A stretch of 64,000 bases of DNA. Source: Thalia democratica. Lineage: Eukaryota. Every line of letters begins with the position of its first letter. Position 1 is the first letter of the stretch. Shown piece after piece: positions 40,168-51,500 of the stretch. Position numbers and translations under genes: made by a program. Where the stretch lies: the NCBI GenBank assembly GCA_965202585.1, contig OZ241827.1, positions 23,374,001-23,438,000 on the forward strand, written 5' to 3'. The notes under the pieces were generated by a model. The model was not told the DNA's origin and made no database searches. It saw only the letters and a program-made list of their open reading frames with translations.

Positions 40168-40962
40168 TCACAGCCGAAATCTGACAGCTACCAGGTAAAC
40201 CGGCTTCACCAACTTGTCCCCGACCAGGAACTCGTCGCATACCCGCTCACCAACCGGGTCCCCGATCGAGAACTCGTCGAAATTCAAACTCCCCTTGCTC
40301 AGGCCCCTTCCCATGCTGTCCCTGAAATGGCAGTCGTCTTCCATGGTCACCCTTCCCTTGTACTTCTCGAAAGGGTAGAGCCCCTTGATTTTGGGCTCCA
40401 GATCGAACACCTTACACTTCTCGGGTCGCGGCACCTCGCACACGACCACGTAGACGACCTCGTTGGCGAACGGGACGCACTCGCACCTGTGCCACGGCTC
40501 CCCCAAATCGCTGTACTTGGGGTCGCACGCCGTCACCGCCGCAAAGCTCGAGTTGGTTAACCGCACCTGGCCGTTCCAGCTGACCCCGTACGACAGGCAG
40601 TTCGTCCTGCCGAACCCTTGCCACAGAAAGTTGTCCGCGTGGTTCACCCGCATGCCGAAGTACAGAAGCATCCCTCCCTCGTACCTCACCCCCGCCTTTT
40701 CCTCGTTCCGGGAATTCCCCACGATGTTGTACACCCGCAGTATTTCTGGGGTCCACCTGGCATTGGTGTGCCAGCTGGTGGCCATGAAGGCCCTGCAGAC
40801 GGTTTTGTGGTCGTGGCTGGTTCGCTTCAAGGGGATTACCTTGTACTTGTTCTCGCGCCTGTGCACCCCCTTTTCAAGGTCGCACGCCTCACACCACTTG
40901 GGGGGTTCGGTCGTTTTTTTCTTTTCTGCTTTTTTCTTTCTTTTTCTCATGCAACAGAACAT
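40168..40962 (-). CDS. PARP/ADP-ribosyltransferase catalytic-domain-like protein (264 aa), probably catalytically divergent
   Basis: Single coding exon preceded by acceptor TTTTACAG (exon starts 40975), ATG at 40962. It aligns by eye with the PARP1 catalytic fold: PEILRVYNI~LEVIDIFKI, LLYFG~LLWHG, NFLWQGF~GILSQGL, GQVRLTN~GKGIYFA, VVVCEV~ILLGEV, KYKGR~SVKGL, DEFLVGD...KPVYLVAVRF~NEYIVYD...NLKYLLKLKF. Confidence 0.8.
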   Translation of the reverse strand: MFCCMRKRKKKAEKKKTTEPPKWCEACDLEKGVHRRENKYKVIPLKRTSHDHKTVCRAFMATSWHTNARWTPEILRVYNIVGNSRNEEKAGVRYEGGMLLYFGMRVNHADNFLWQGFGRTNCLSYGVSWNGQVRLTNSSFAAVTACDPKYSDLGEPWHRCECVPFANEVVYVVVCEVPRPEKCKVFDLEPKIKGLYPFEKYKGRVTMEDDCHFRDSMGRGLSKGSLNFDEFSIGDPVGERVCDEFLVGDKLVKPVYLVAVRFRL

Positions 40963-43493
40963 TTTGCGTCTGATCTGTAAAAATACTAATTTTCTGCTTT
41001 TGAGCATTTTTTCAGTATTGCTGTTGTAGATAGGTTTTTTTACGTTTTTTTACTAAGTTACTTTTAGGTACATTTAATAATAAAGCAATTTTATATCTAT
41101 TTTTATTGTGTAAGTAGCTTTTGTTTCACTTTGTTTCAGATAGAAGTAAACGCTTTCATAATTGTATTTAGTTATTTAAACTATGAAATTTTTTTTTTGA
41201 CGTTTTTTATTTTATGTATCAAGACTTACGTTTTTTTACATTAATGTTTTGAATAAAATAAGTTTTGAAACTCAACTAATTTTAGTATTATTTATTAACT
41301 GTATTATAATATTTCTTTAGTCTCTCGCTTTACTGTTAAACTGAAGCAGTCTGAAATTTTAAAATAAATTAATAGAAACTATCTGTTTTTTATACCATAA
41401 TCTTTTTTGCTCTGCTCAAAAATTTTCATTTCAATGTTAAGAAGAAAGCATTTAAAACAGTTAGACTTGGCGTATTGTTACAAAACAATGACATATTTTA
41501 TAAGTTTTGAAATTTTTAAAGTATCCGTACCAGTTTAAAATATTTAATAGAACTAAAAAGTTTTAGTAGTTAGCAATATTTTTTTTGTAGCAGAGTTGCA
41601 TTTGAAATCTAACTTTAATGAAACTCATAAATCTCTAATGAAACTTTATTAGATACTATTTAGTAAATATTTTATAAGTTAATATGTATAATAATAAAAA
41701 CGCAAAGTTTCATTAAAGATAAGAAATTAATCATTCTTAAAGGAAAAAAAAACTGAACATACTTTAAACATATTCTTATAAAACAAAAATAAACGATTTT
41801 TTGAATTTTAAGCTTTTTAAAACTAATAATTAGTTTGCTTCAATTGCTTATATTGTTGCGTTTATTTTGCTTTTTAAGTACTACAAACACTAGATATATT
41901 AAACTTTTATGTTTGCTAAAATATAAGTTTATTAACCCTAACTACTTTTAAACCAACGTAAGTATTTAAGAACTATTTTTACAGGAAGTTTTGAAGAAGA
42001 TATCAAAATATTACTTACTACAAAATAATAACAACTATCACGAACTTGATATAAAAAAAGATAAAGTTCAAGTATTCAAAAGTCGATAAAAAGATTATAA
42101 ACTGAAATAATTTCGCAGTTTCTTAAAGCTTTAAGTTTTTAACTTTATACAAGAGTTAGTTATAACAACTCACGAAAACAGTAAAGTATTTACATCAAGT
42201 ACTTCGAAGTAACAACATTAAGTTCTTAAGTCTTTATAATTGAAAAAACTACAAAGTTAACTCATAGTTGTAAAAGTTATAAACTTTTTTAGTTTAATTT
42301 AATCTTAAACTTAGGAATTTCATTATAAGTATTTAGATTAATAATGTTTGAGTTTAAAAGTATCTTCTAAACTATTCTCTAATTTTACAATAAGGAACTT
42401 TAACAAGCTTAAATTAATGTCAATAGCCATTGATTTTACAATCAATTTCTTACTATAAATTTATTAAAACTTCTTTCTTAAAGTTTTTATAATAAGACTT
42501 TGAAAATAATTTCTTAGATTTCTGTTTACTTAATATTAAACAAGACAAAATTAAACGAATGGTTTACTGTCTTTTTGATATAATATTAAAAAAAATTAGA
42601 TTTAAGAGGTATATCAATTGTTTTAATCAAATAGGACTTATTGCAATCTTACTAGTTATTTGAAAATTTAACACTACAACGTGTATTTATCAATGAATAC
42701 TGAGTAATGTAATTTTTTAGTAATTATTAGTACTTTGAGTAGAACTAACGTACTGGTAGAAATATACATTGTTATCAAAAGGTATTTTTTATAAAAGATA
42801 ACTTTAATTTTGAATGTTGTTTTACAAGTAGAAAATGCATTCCAACTTAAAAATAGACAACATTTAGAATAAATAAAATGATGTAATTTCTAAAATTTTC
42901 TTTAAGCATTAAAACTGTTTCTTAAAAAATTTTTGCAGAAATAAATATTAACTAACTTGAAGTTTTTAAATTTTTAAACAGATTTCTAAAAAGCTCTCGC
43001 TGTTATTGTTTTTTTTTTAATTCTTTATAAATATTTTCAAATTGGAAAAACGTGATCATATCTTAACATCATACGCGTTAATTTAAAGTAAAACACTTAA
43101 ACTCCAACCCTTTCACCTGATCTAGATCGGTGTCGGGTCTTCATAGTTTGACCTGTGGGGATCCATCGTCGCGATTAAAGCAAGCGATCTCACGTTCATG
43201 TTTTATTCATGTTATAAACACGCTAAACAGTAATTACTAACATACAAACTAAAGACTTAATTTTTCATTCTTAGGTTTTAAAAGGCACGTTTAAAATAAT
43301 TAAACTAAAAAACTACAAACTTAAAACTAAATATAGCAACTTAAGTTAGTACTCGCACCACTTTAATGTATTTTATCGTGTCTAAAAATACATCTGAACA
43401 AAGTAAATTACCAGAAAATTTTAGTGTTTTTTTTTATTTATATTTTCATTCTTAAAAAAAAAATGTTAACGTTCCAGTGTTAATTTTTTACAG

Positions 43494-43558
43494 TAGGGGT
43501 CGAAAAGTACGAACAGCGGGTAGGACCTAACCTCGTTAAGTAGAAACATCTGACCCTA
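43494..43558. mobile_element. Possible very short MITE remnant
   Basis: TAGGGGTCG...TGACCCTA imperfect termini resembling the 31958 element. No TSD. Confidence 0.25.
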
Positions 43559-44049
43559 GACGTATTTTAAGGTTGAAAAAACTTATGCAAACAACAAAAA
43601 CTTTTTTAACAAACATATGTTGTTAATTTAACAGCTTGGGTAAGCAAGCGTTTTAGTTAGTTCTTTTTACTTTTTAACGAGAAGATTTTTTTTTCTTGCA
43701 ATTGATAATGTTGTTATTACATACTTAAAACTCGTGTTTCGTGTTACGTACTTTACAAAGTTACAAAATAACTTTGAAATATAATTTTAAAAACAGATTA
43801 TTCAAAATCTGAAAATGTTAATTTTTGTAAGTTGCCATAGTTTATATATACATCATACATGCACGCACAATGAACATATGTATATGAAATAACATGTTTT
43901 TCATTTGAGAGAATTGGATTTTCTCTCGGGAAAGCTGCGTAGAATTTTTAATATGTAATTTTAAATAGTAACTTTAATTAAGTAGTTGTGTAAAACACTT
44001 TTCAAGGCCGGAGAGTGACATTTTTTTACAAAGACGGTAAATACTTAAA

Positions 44050-45145
44050 AGAATATACACTTATCAAAAGGACAGGTGAGTGACACTGTCCTTACATCAT
44101 CAGGTAGATACAATTGTTACGAAGTAAACACGTTTTTTAATTTATATATCCTTATAATTGCACCATAAATTAGTTAATTAAGCAAAACACAAAACTTAAG
44201 GAAAAAAATTAATAAGTTCTCTTACACACTTTAGAATGTGCTCTTTAATTCTGGTTTTAAGGTGCCTATAGGTTTGACCAATATAACTGTTTGAACAACA
44301 GCATTCAAACATGTAAACCACGCAAATTTTATGTTTGTTAGACATAAATTCTTTACCTTTAGGATTCAAAACAGAACTTGATGTAAAAATAACTCTAGGT
44401 ACAGCAGCACGATGTATTTGTTTCATTAAATTCTGTTTGTCTCTTTAAAACTGAGTCGATTTTTTTTAACCTGCATAAGGCAAAACTAAAATAAATGGAC
44501 TTTTCTCAAGACCATAAGGTTTTATGTGATTTAATATGTTAATTTCACTTTAAAAAACTCTATTAATCAAAGGATTAGGATATCCGTTCTTTATTAGCAT
44601 CTTTTTATAACATTAAGTTCAATCTCAAAAATTTTTGGAGAACATATTTTCTTAGCTCTGTGTAATAAGGTTTTAATTATTCCATTTATTTTCCTCTTGC
44701 AACAATAAGATTGGAAATTTAAAATTTAGATATTGACCCGTGAACGAAGGTTTTCTGAAAACCGACGTGATAATTGTACTATCTTTTCTTTTGATCAAAA
44801 CATCCAAGAACGATGTCTAATTATTTTCTTTAATTTTTTTTTGAACTGGATAGGATAGCTCAATGTAGGGAATTTAATTTCTCGAATAACAAAGAGCTAA
44901 CGTTTTCATTGTCACTAATGGTGAAACAATTGTCTACGTACGTAAACAAACCAAATTTATGTAAGCAGAAAGATTTTGATTTTTTATTACCCTTGTTTAT
45001 TTAGTTAGTGCTCTTATGTTATATTAATTATGTTAATTTATAAGTTTAATTATTTTTGTGTTTTGCGTGATTAACTAATTTCTGATGCAGAAGTTTCCTT
45101 TATTTTGTAACAATTGTATCACACTGTTGAAAACTTGTTGAAATA
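44050..45145 (-). mobile_element. Decayed 5'-truncated Penelope-like retroelement (RT C-terminus plus GIY-YIG) with an inverted terminal (pLTR-like) repeat
   Basis: ORF 44196-44426 contains VVYMFECCCSNSYIGQTYRHLKTRIKEH (GIY-YIG). Upstream interrupted frames give YVDNCF...FLDVLI...VFRKPSFTGQYLN...IKTLLHRAKKIC...NGYP. Segment 44101-44195 is an inverted copy of 45050-45126. Confidence 0.85.
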
Positions 45146-47258
45146 TATTTGTTTTTAGTAAAATACCTTGTTTTTTTTTATATAGATATTAAAATTAGGG
45201 TTAAAAGAGATTATTAAGGCGAAGTAATATTATTCTAAAGATTCAAATGTTAAAGGTTTTGCAATCTGTATTTACAACAGACCAAAAAAATGAAAGTTGT
45301 AAAAATTTAATTTTTTTAAACCCTACTAATGATTAACCAAAGCTTAAATCTTTTGAGACTACCAACTAAATGAAATGAATCTTAACAAATTAGTTATATA
45401 TTATCGACTATTGTTTAATACAAAAGTAGCTTATTTCGATAGTTCATTAAAATTTTTATTTAATAAAACCTCTTACTGAAAAATTTTTCTATTGAAGTAT
45501 TTAAAAGGTTTAAAATATGTTTTAAAAACTTATTTATACTATGACTATACAAAAAGCAATAAAAATAGTTTTAATAAAACAAAACTAGTTTAAATCAAGT
45601 CTTAATACCTGAGCACTTTACGATTTTGCTAACACAGAATTTTTATGCTTGAATTGTTCACGTTGTTTGTGTTACCAACATGCTAAATTAATGGAAACTT
45701 CAACAAAACATTTAATAATAAGAATTTATCACTGTTTGTTTATAATTATCCTTTTTGTTATGTTTAGTTTGTAATTTGACAAAAAATGTTCTTTATTATA
45801 CTTTTATCATAACTTGATAAACATAATATGAAGGTCTTAATGTTAAAATTCTCTGAAGTCCATTTATGGTGGTAAAAGAAGTTTTTTATCTTTAACTAAA
45901 AAAATTTTGGGAGCTTGAGTATCTCAGGATATCTGTTGAGTATTTACATACAAACATTGTTTCTTGTATATATTAAAAGGGTGAGTATGTTACTTGCAAC
46001 TCTGAAAAACCTGTAATTAAAAACTTGGACAAAAGGCCTGTATTTGACTTATATAACAAATTCTACATCTGATACAGTTGTTGGAAAGAGTTGCTACACT
46101 GTTAAGATAATTTAGGCTAATTTTTTACTTTAAATTTTTCTAAAAAAATTAAAATTATCATTAATTTATTATTTTGTCATTTTAGAAATTTCAACTTAGT
46201 TTTAAGTAACTTTCTCAGTTTTTCGTTCAAATTTTTTTTTCAATTTTGAATTCTGTCCAACTCAGACTAAATTGATATAACTTAGACTAGTTTTTGGTCA
46301 CCCAGGATAATTTTCATTACCTTTGTTAGTGAGAACTCTGGTTGGAGTAGATATATAAAAGTACATTTCAGTTTTGTGCTTTTGATTAGTAGTTGTGCAA
46401 TTTCTTAGCCAAAGGATTTGATATTTCATGGTTCCAAATTTCCTGTATTTCCCATGATAATTGAAATTTCACAAAATAAAAAACTTGATTTTACTAAATA
46501 ACGTTGAATACACAATGATTAAAATTTTATTTTAGTTTTTTTTGCTAAATGACAAACTTTTATTACATACACCATTTTTTATGAATAGTTTTTTTTGCTT
46601 TTTATTAAATTATACTAATATTATTGTTATGAGTTTAATTTAGCACAAAGTTTCTTAACATTAAGACTCATCAGTTAAAATTTAATAAAACTTCAAAGTT
46701 TACACAAGAAAAACAGTACTTTCGAAATCTATTAACAAACATTCTATTTTTTAATTCTAGTAAGACTAAGCCTTATTTATAAATCATTTAATATAAGATT
46801 GCCTTCGAATCTTATCCTATCAAACTGTTATACTAGAATTCTGCTCTTGCATTTAGTTTAAGAATGATGGCAAATACTTATAATTGTTTAATTATAGATG
46901 CTAAAAACTACATGAAAAAAAATATATATAACAATTTTAAACGCAAACTAATAAATCTTAGTATATCATTAAAAGATTCTATTGTATAAACAATGTAAAC
47001 ATTTTTATTTAAAGTTACTGTTATTTTTTAAGGGGTTAAAAATATCTAATTGCTAACACAAAACTTTACAAAATAAAATCAGTCTGTTAAAAACCAGATG
47101 GATCTCCCTCATATGCCTTTAATAAACTATAGTAACTTTTTTTTACTAAGGCTACTGAGCTATTAATAAATTACAACATTCTCAAAAAAATAACTGTTTA
47201 ATCTCTAATAATGATTTTAAAGTTTCTGAAAATTATTTAAAGTAGAATTAGCTTAGAA

Positions 47259-47620
47259 CAGGGTTGCCACTTTACCTGGAATCCTGGAAAAACCTGGAAT
47301 TTGACAATTTAGGTAAAAAAATCTGGAAAAACCTGGAATTTTTATGAATTTTAACATGTTCAGTAGTAAAATTTCGGTTTGACTCAAAAAATTTATCATA
47401 TAGATAGAAAAATTTGTCATCACCAAACATTTTTTTACTTAAAAAACCCATTTTAAGTGGCTGTACAGTATCTTTTTAATCTTTTAATACTATTTAATAT
47501 AGTTTCTTACTTTAAACTTAAATTTAAACTACAAATAGACCCAAAAATATGTACTATTTAAAAGCCTGGAAGAAATTTGAAAAACCTGGAAAAAAAATAT
47601 AAAAACAAGCGGCAACCCTG
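47259..47620. mobile_element. hAT-type MITE
   Basis: TIR CAGGGTTGCC...GGCAACCCTG with internal CCTGGAA repeats. TSD is not conserved. A second partial copy lies at 60475-60619. Confidence 0.75.
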
Positions 47621-48543
47621 TCATTAAAATTTCTATTTTTAAAATTTATATTTCAATTTTAATTGACTCCTACGGCCTTAAAATTAGTATTTAATTTCTG
47701 ATGTTTAGACTTTAATTGCAGAAAAGTATCATTAAATATGTGTAGGAATTATGGAATATATAATTATTTTACAGTTTTGATAAAAAACAGTTATTCTCTT
47801 TTAAATTCTTTTGGTGAAATTACACATTATTATTAAACAAAATCTTGATTTTTCTTACATCAAACTGCATACAAAAATATAAATTTAGAAAAAACTTATA
47901 CACTTTAAGTTTTCTGTTTAGCTTTTTTTTTCAAATTTACATAGCTTTGATTTAATCACAATCTTTTTTTAATTTACCTTGTATTACCAATAGTAATTGT
48001 TAATGAACAAAAATAGTAACTATTTCGATAAGTTTTTTTGATTAGTTAAGTACCGTTTTTTATATTTCAGCTAAAACTTTGTGTATTTATATTTTTCCAC
48101 AAGTTTTTGCCAATACTTTTATAGTTTAATTTTTTAATTAATATTTTCTAGTTGTTAACAGTGTAGTCTTTTTTTCGTCAAAGACTGAGTTATTTTATCA
48201 CTTTGTAGCATTTTGCTGTACTAAAGTCATAAGAAAACTAATAAACTAAGCTACAAAGTATTACCAAAGTATGTGTTATAGTTAGATTTAACTAAGTGTA
48301 GTAATTTGACATAAATAAGTTATATTATTAAGAGTAGTAACTTTATAGCAATAAAGTAGTATAAAAATAGTATTTATATAAATAAACTAGTTAGTATAAA
48401 GTCAAAATCTAAAAACTCAACATGCATTATTAGAACAGTTTTTAAATTATTTTCTAAGCTCTTTTAATCTTTGCAATATTCAAAAAACCTTGAAACAAAA
48501 CAATCTTTTACAGTACCTTTTGTAGCCCTGCAATTATTTAAGA

Positions 48544-51500
48544 ATGAACAGTGATAATGAAGAAAACGAACAAAATGTAGAATGTGCCAGCAATGTAAAT
48601 GTCAAGCCGCTCAGTTCCACAATGACTTGGGGCAGAAGAGCTGTTCAAAGATATTCCAAGTCACCTCAACAAATAAGAGCTGAAATTCTAAACTCACTCA
48701 AAGAAAAGCTATCTTATGAGTATCAAGTATGTCTCGATGTTTAGATAGATGTTACTAAATATAAAGTTTATGTTTTGTCTATTTTATGTTGGAATTTAAT
48801 ATGTATTTTTTTAATCGTGTAAATACTTGTTCGAATTGTTATACACTTCATTACATTTTAAATTCAAATACTCATAAAAAACTTTTTTTTTTGATTAAAT
48901 TCAGTTTTTAAACTAATTTTTTTTAACGGACTTTTAAGTTAGTTTCATTTCTGTAAATATATTTTACTCAATTTCATGTAAAGCAATTCACCATCAAATT
49001 AGTTACACATTGTACATTTTGTTAATGTTTTTTAGTAGCTAAAATTGTTTAAATATTTTAAATATGTTTTTCATTTAATTGATTTACCATAACACTTAAA
49101 CATAACATTTTCTAACTTGTTGTTATTTAGAAAATAAATTTAATTTGTATAATAAAATACTTCTTGATTCTTTAAATTTATTTATAGTCTTTGTATTTCT
49201 AGTTTGTCAATTTATTATAATGGTGTGATTTTTTCAGTTTTTTATTTTAAGCTCCTCTTGACCAGCTTGTTATGAAAACAATTTAATGAAACTACTTATT
49301 ATAAACTTGTAAACATACTTTAAAATTTTTGAAAATTACCAAAAAAGTAAAAACTAATTAACACATTAAGAAAAGACATAAATAGTTGTTTACAAAGATC
49401 TAAAAGCTAGAGATTTGTTTTTAAGTAAAAGTTTATTCTCATTTCAAATTTTCTTAAACAAATTAATATTTAGTCATATGCTCAATGGGAAAGAATATCA
49501 CCAGAAGAAAAAGCTGTCTTAGAAGCACAAGAAAAGCAAAAATTAAAATCAAAAAAAGCAAAGAAGAAATCAAGCAACTCTAAAAATAAGTTTAGAGGTT
49601 AAGAGTTGAACGCTGATGTAATATTTTGTAGTATATATTTTTTATTTATTGTCATTTAAGATTATGCCTCATACTTTATTATATTTTACAAACAAGGGGT
49701 TTGGTAAACTTTAAGTTTTATTACCTGTCTTAAATTCAAAATATGTTTTGAATAGAAGGAAATTAAATGTAAAAGGGGTAAAAATGTAGTTAATAATTCT
49801 GATTAATTGTTTGTTCTAAGATCTTTAAGTTTAAAGTTTTATATTTGTGTATATACTGTAAACTTGTACCTTAGCTTTTTTTCTAAAACTTAAACTTTTT
49901 TTTCAGTTTGTAAATGTTTCTTAGAGTACTAAAGTGTTTTTTGTTATGTTTCAGCTTTATTTGTTTAAGTTTTATATAGCAGACACTTTCAAGTTTTTGT
50001 TATGGTAATTTTATGTTTTGTATGCATTCTAGTTTTTTTTTTCTTTTAAATATAGTTTAAAATCTTCAATAAAAACTTGGAAATTAGATTTATTTAAAGA
50101 AATTATTTTCTTTTTATATTTTTTTAATCTTTAGACGAAATTAATTTTTGTTGCTGAATATTGACAAAAAATTGTTTTTCAATAAAGACTATAACTTTCT
50201 CTAGTTTATTAAACAACAATTGTACTATAAAAATTGTCAGTCACAGTATGCTTTTGTTAACAAAAAAACTTCAAATTTTATAACAAACATTACATGAGAT
50301 TTGTGATTTAAGTTTGGTAAAGACTTTAACAAAGCAGTCAGCTAGCAAATTGAGATGCAGAAAAAGGAAGCGCAAGACAAGTTCTGGTTTGATTTTTATT
50401 TGCCTTGCGTCAATGAAGACGCATACAATAATCCCATAATCGAGAAGCTCGATCAGCTAGGTTAGCTTCGTAGTCAGTTTTTTGTTTTTGAGTAATTTCA
50501 GTTAAATTTATTTCTGGCTGGTAGTAAAGGTATTTTAAAGTAAAAGATAGTACTGAGAGTTTTGTGTTAACATATACTGTTTTTGAAAGAAATCGTACTC
50601 ACACAGTTTCCTTTTTTTTTGTTATACAATGTTGTTATATAAACATGAAAAATAAATAGTACTTGAAGTATAGATTTTTTTATTTTACTGTTAAAATTTT
50701 TAAAATAGTGTATTCTATTTTTATTTTACAAATCTTAATTCAGTTTGTTTAATAAAGTGTAAATTTTAACTTAAAATTATTTTCAAACATTGGTATTTAA
50801 GTTTTTCAGTATAATCATATTTTGTAAAATTAATTAAAGATTAACTGAAACAAAGTAGAAAATGTGTAGTTTACTTTAAACCGACTTAAAATACTTAAGT
50901 TTGTTTTCAATTTAATTTTGCAGGTGATGATCCCGTGAATGTGAGCTCAAAGCACAAAGTAAGAAAGTTTGTGAGACACAAACAGAACTATGACGTAACA
51001 AAGGGCAGTCACGTGCTCATGCTGAGAATGCAAATAAAATCCAAGAAGAAAAGCATCCAAGCTTTCGAGTGAGAATAACTCTATCTTATATTTTGATCGA
51101 AATTATCTATTTTTTTTTTTTTTAATGTTTCACCTTTAGTTAACCTTTTAAGTTTAAAGATTTTTTCTATTTTTTTTACCAATTTTTGATTTTAACTTTG
51201 CAGTATCTCCTAAATTTCATAGTTGTCTTAATTGTTTTTTAATTCTCAAGCAATGTTTTGTACTAAAACTAATTGTTATTATTGTGATTATGATTTAAAT
51301 TTAAGTTTATAAAACTGCTACTCTTATTATTTTTAAAGTTGTCTGGTGTAAAAATCGTAAACCAATATATGAGTATTAAAATAAAACCAAACATGAGAGT
51401 TTTTAAATTAATTATTTGTTCTAAGATCTTTAAATATAAAGTTTTATACTTGTGTATATACTGTTAACTTGTACCTTAGCTTTTTTTCTAAAGCTTGAAC

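Noticed and set aside
9594-41029. Many ORF-track entries overlapping GC-rich exons on the opposite strand or in alternate frames (e.g. 9594+, 11880-, 11915-, 16916-, 20611+, 40327+, 40412-, 40463+, 40618+; also 51822-, 56040-)
   Set aside because: They are shadow ORFs caused by high GC3 in the real exons, with no recognisable domains or splice logic.
43090-43200. GC-richer stretch with a near-palindrome and a minus-strand donor, as a coding exon of the PARP-like gene
   Set aside because: Its frames stop or end in a phase incompatible with the 40975 acceptor. At most it is a 5' UTR exon, and this is unsupported.
50343-50345. Stop-codon readthrough (FGKDFNKAVS*QIEMQKK) in the C20orf96-like gene
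   Set aside because: No phase-0 donor exists in exon 2 to enter that frame, and a stop-free model (50313-50386) is available.
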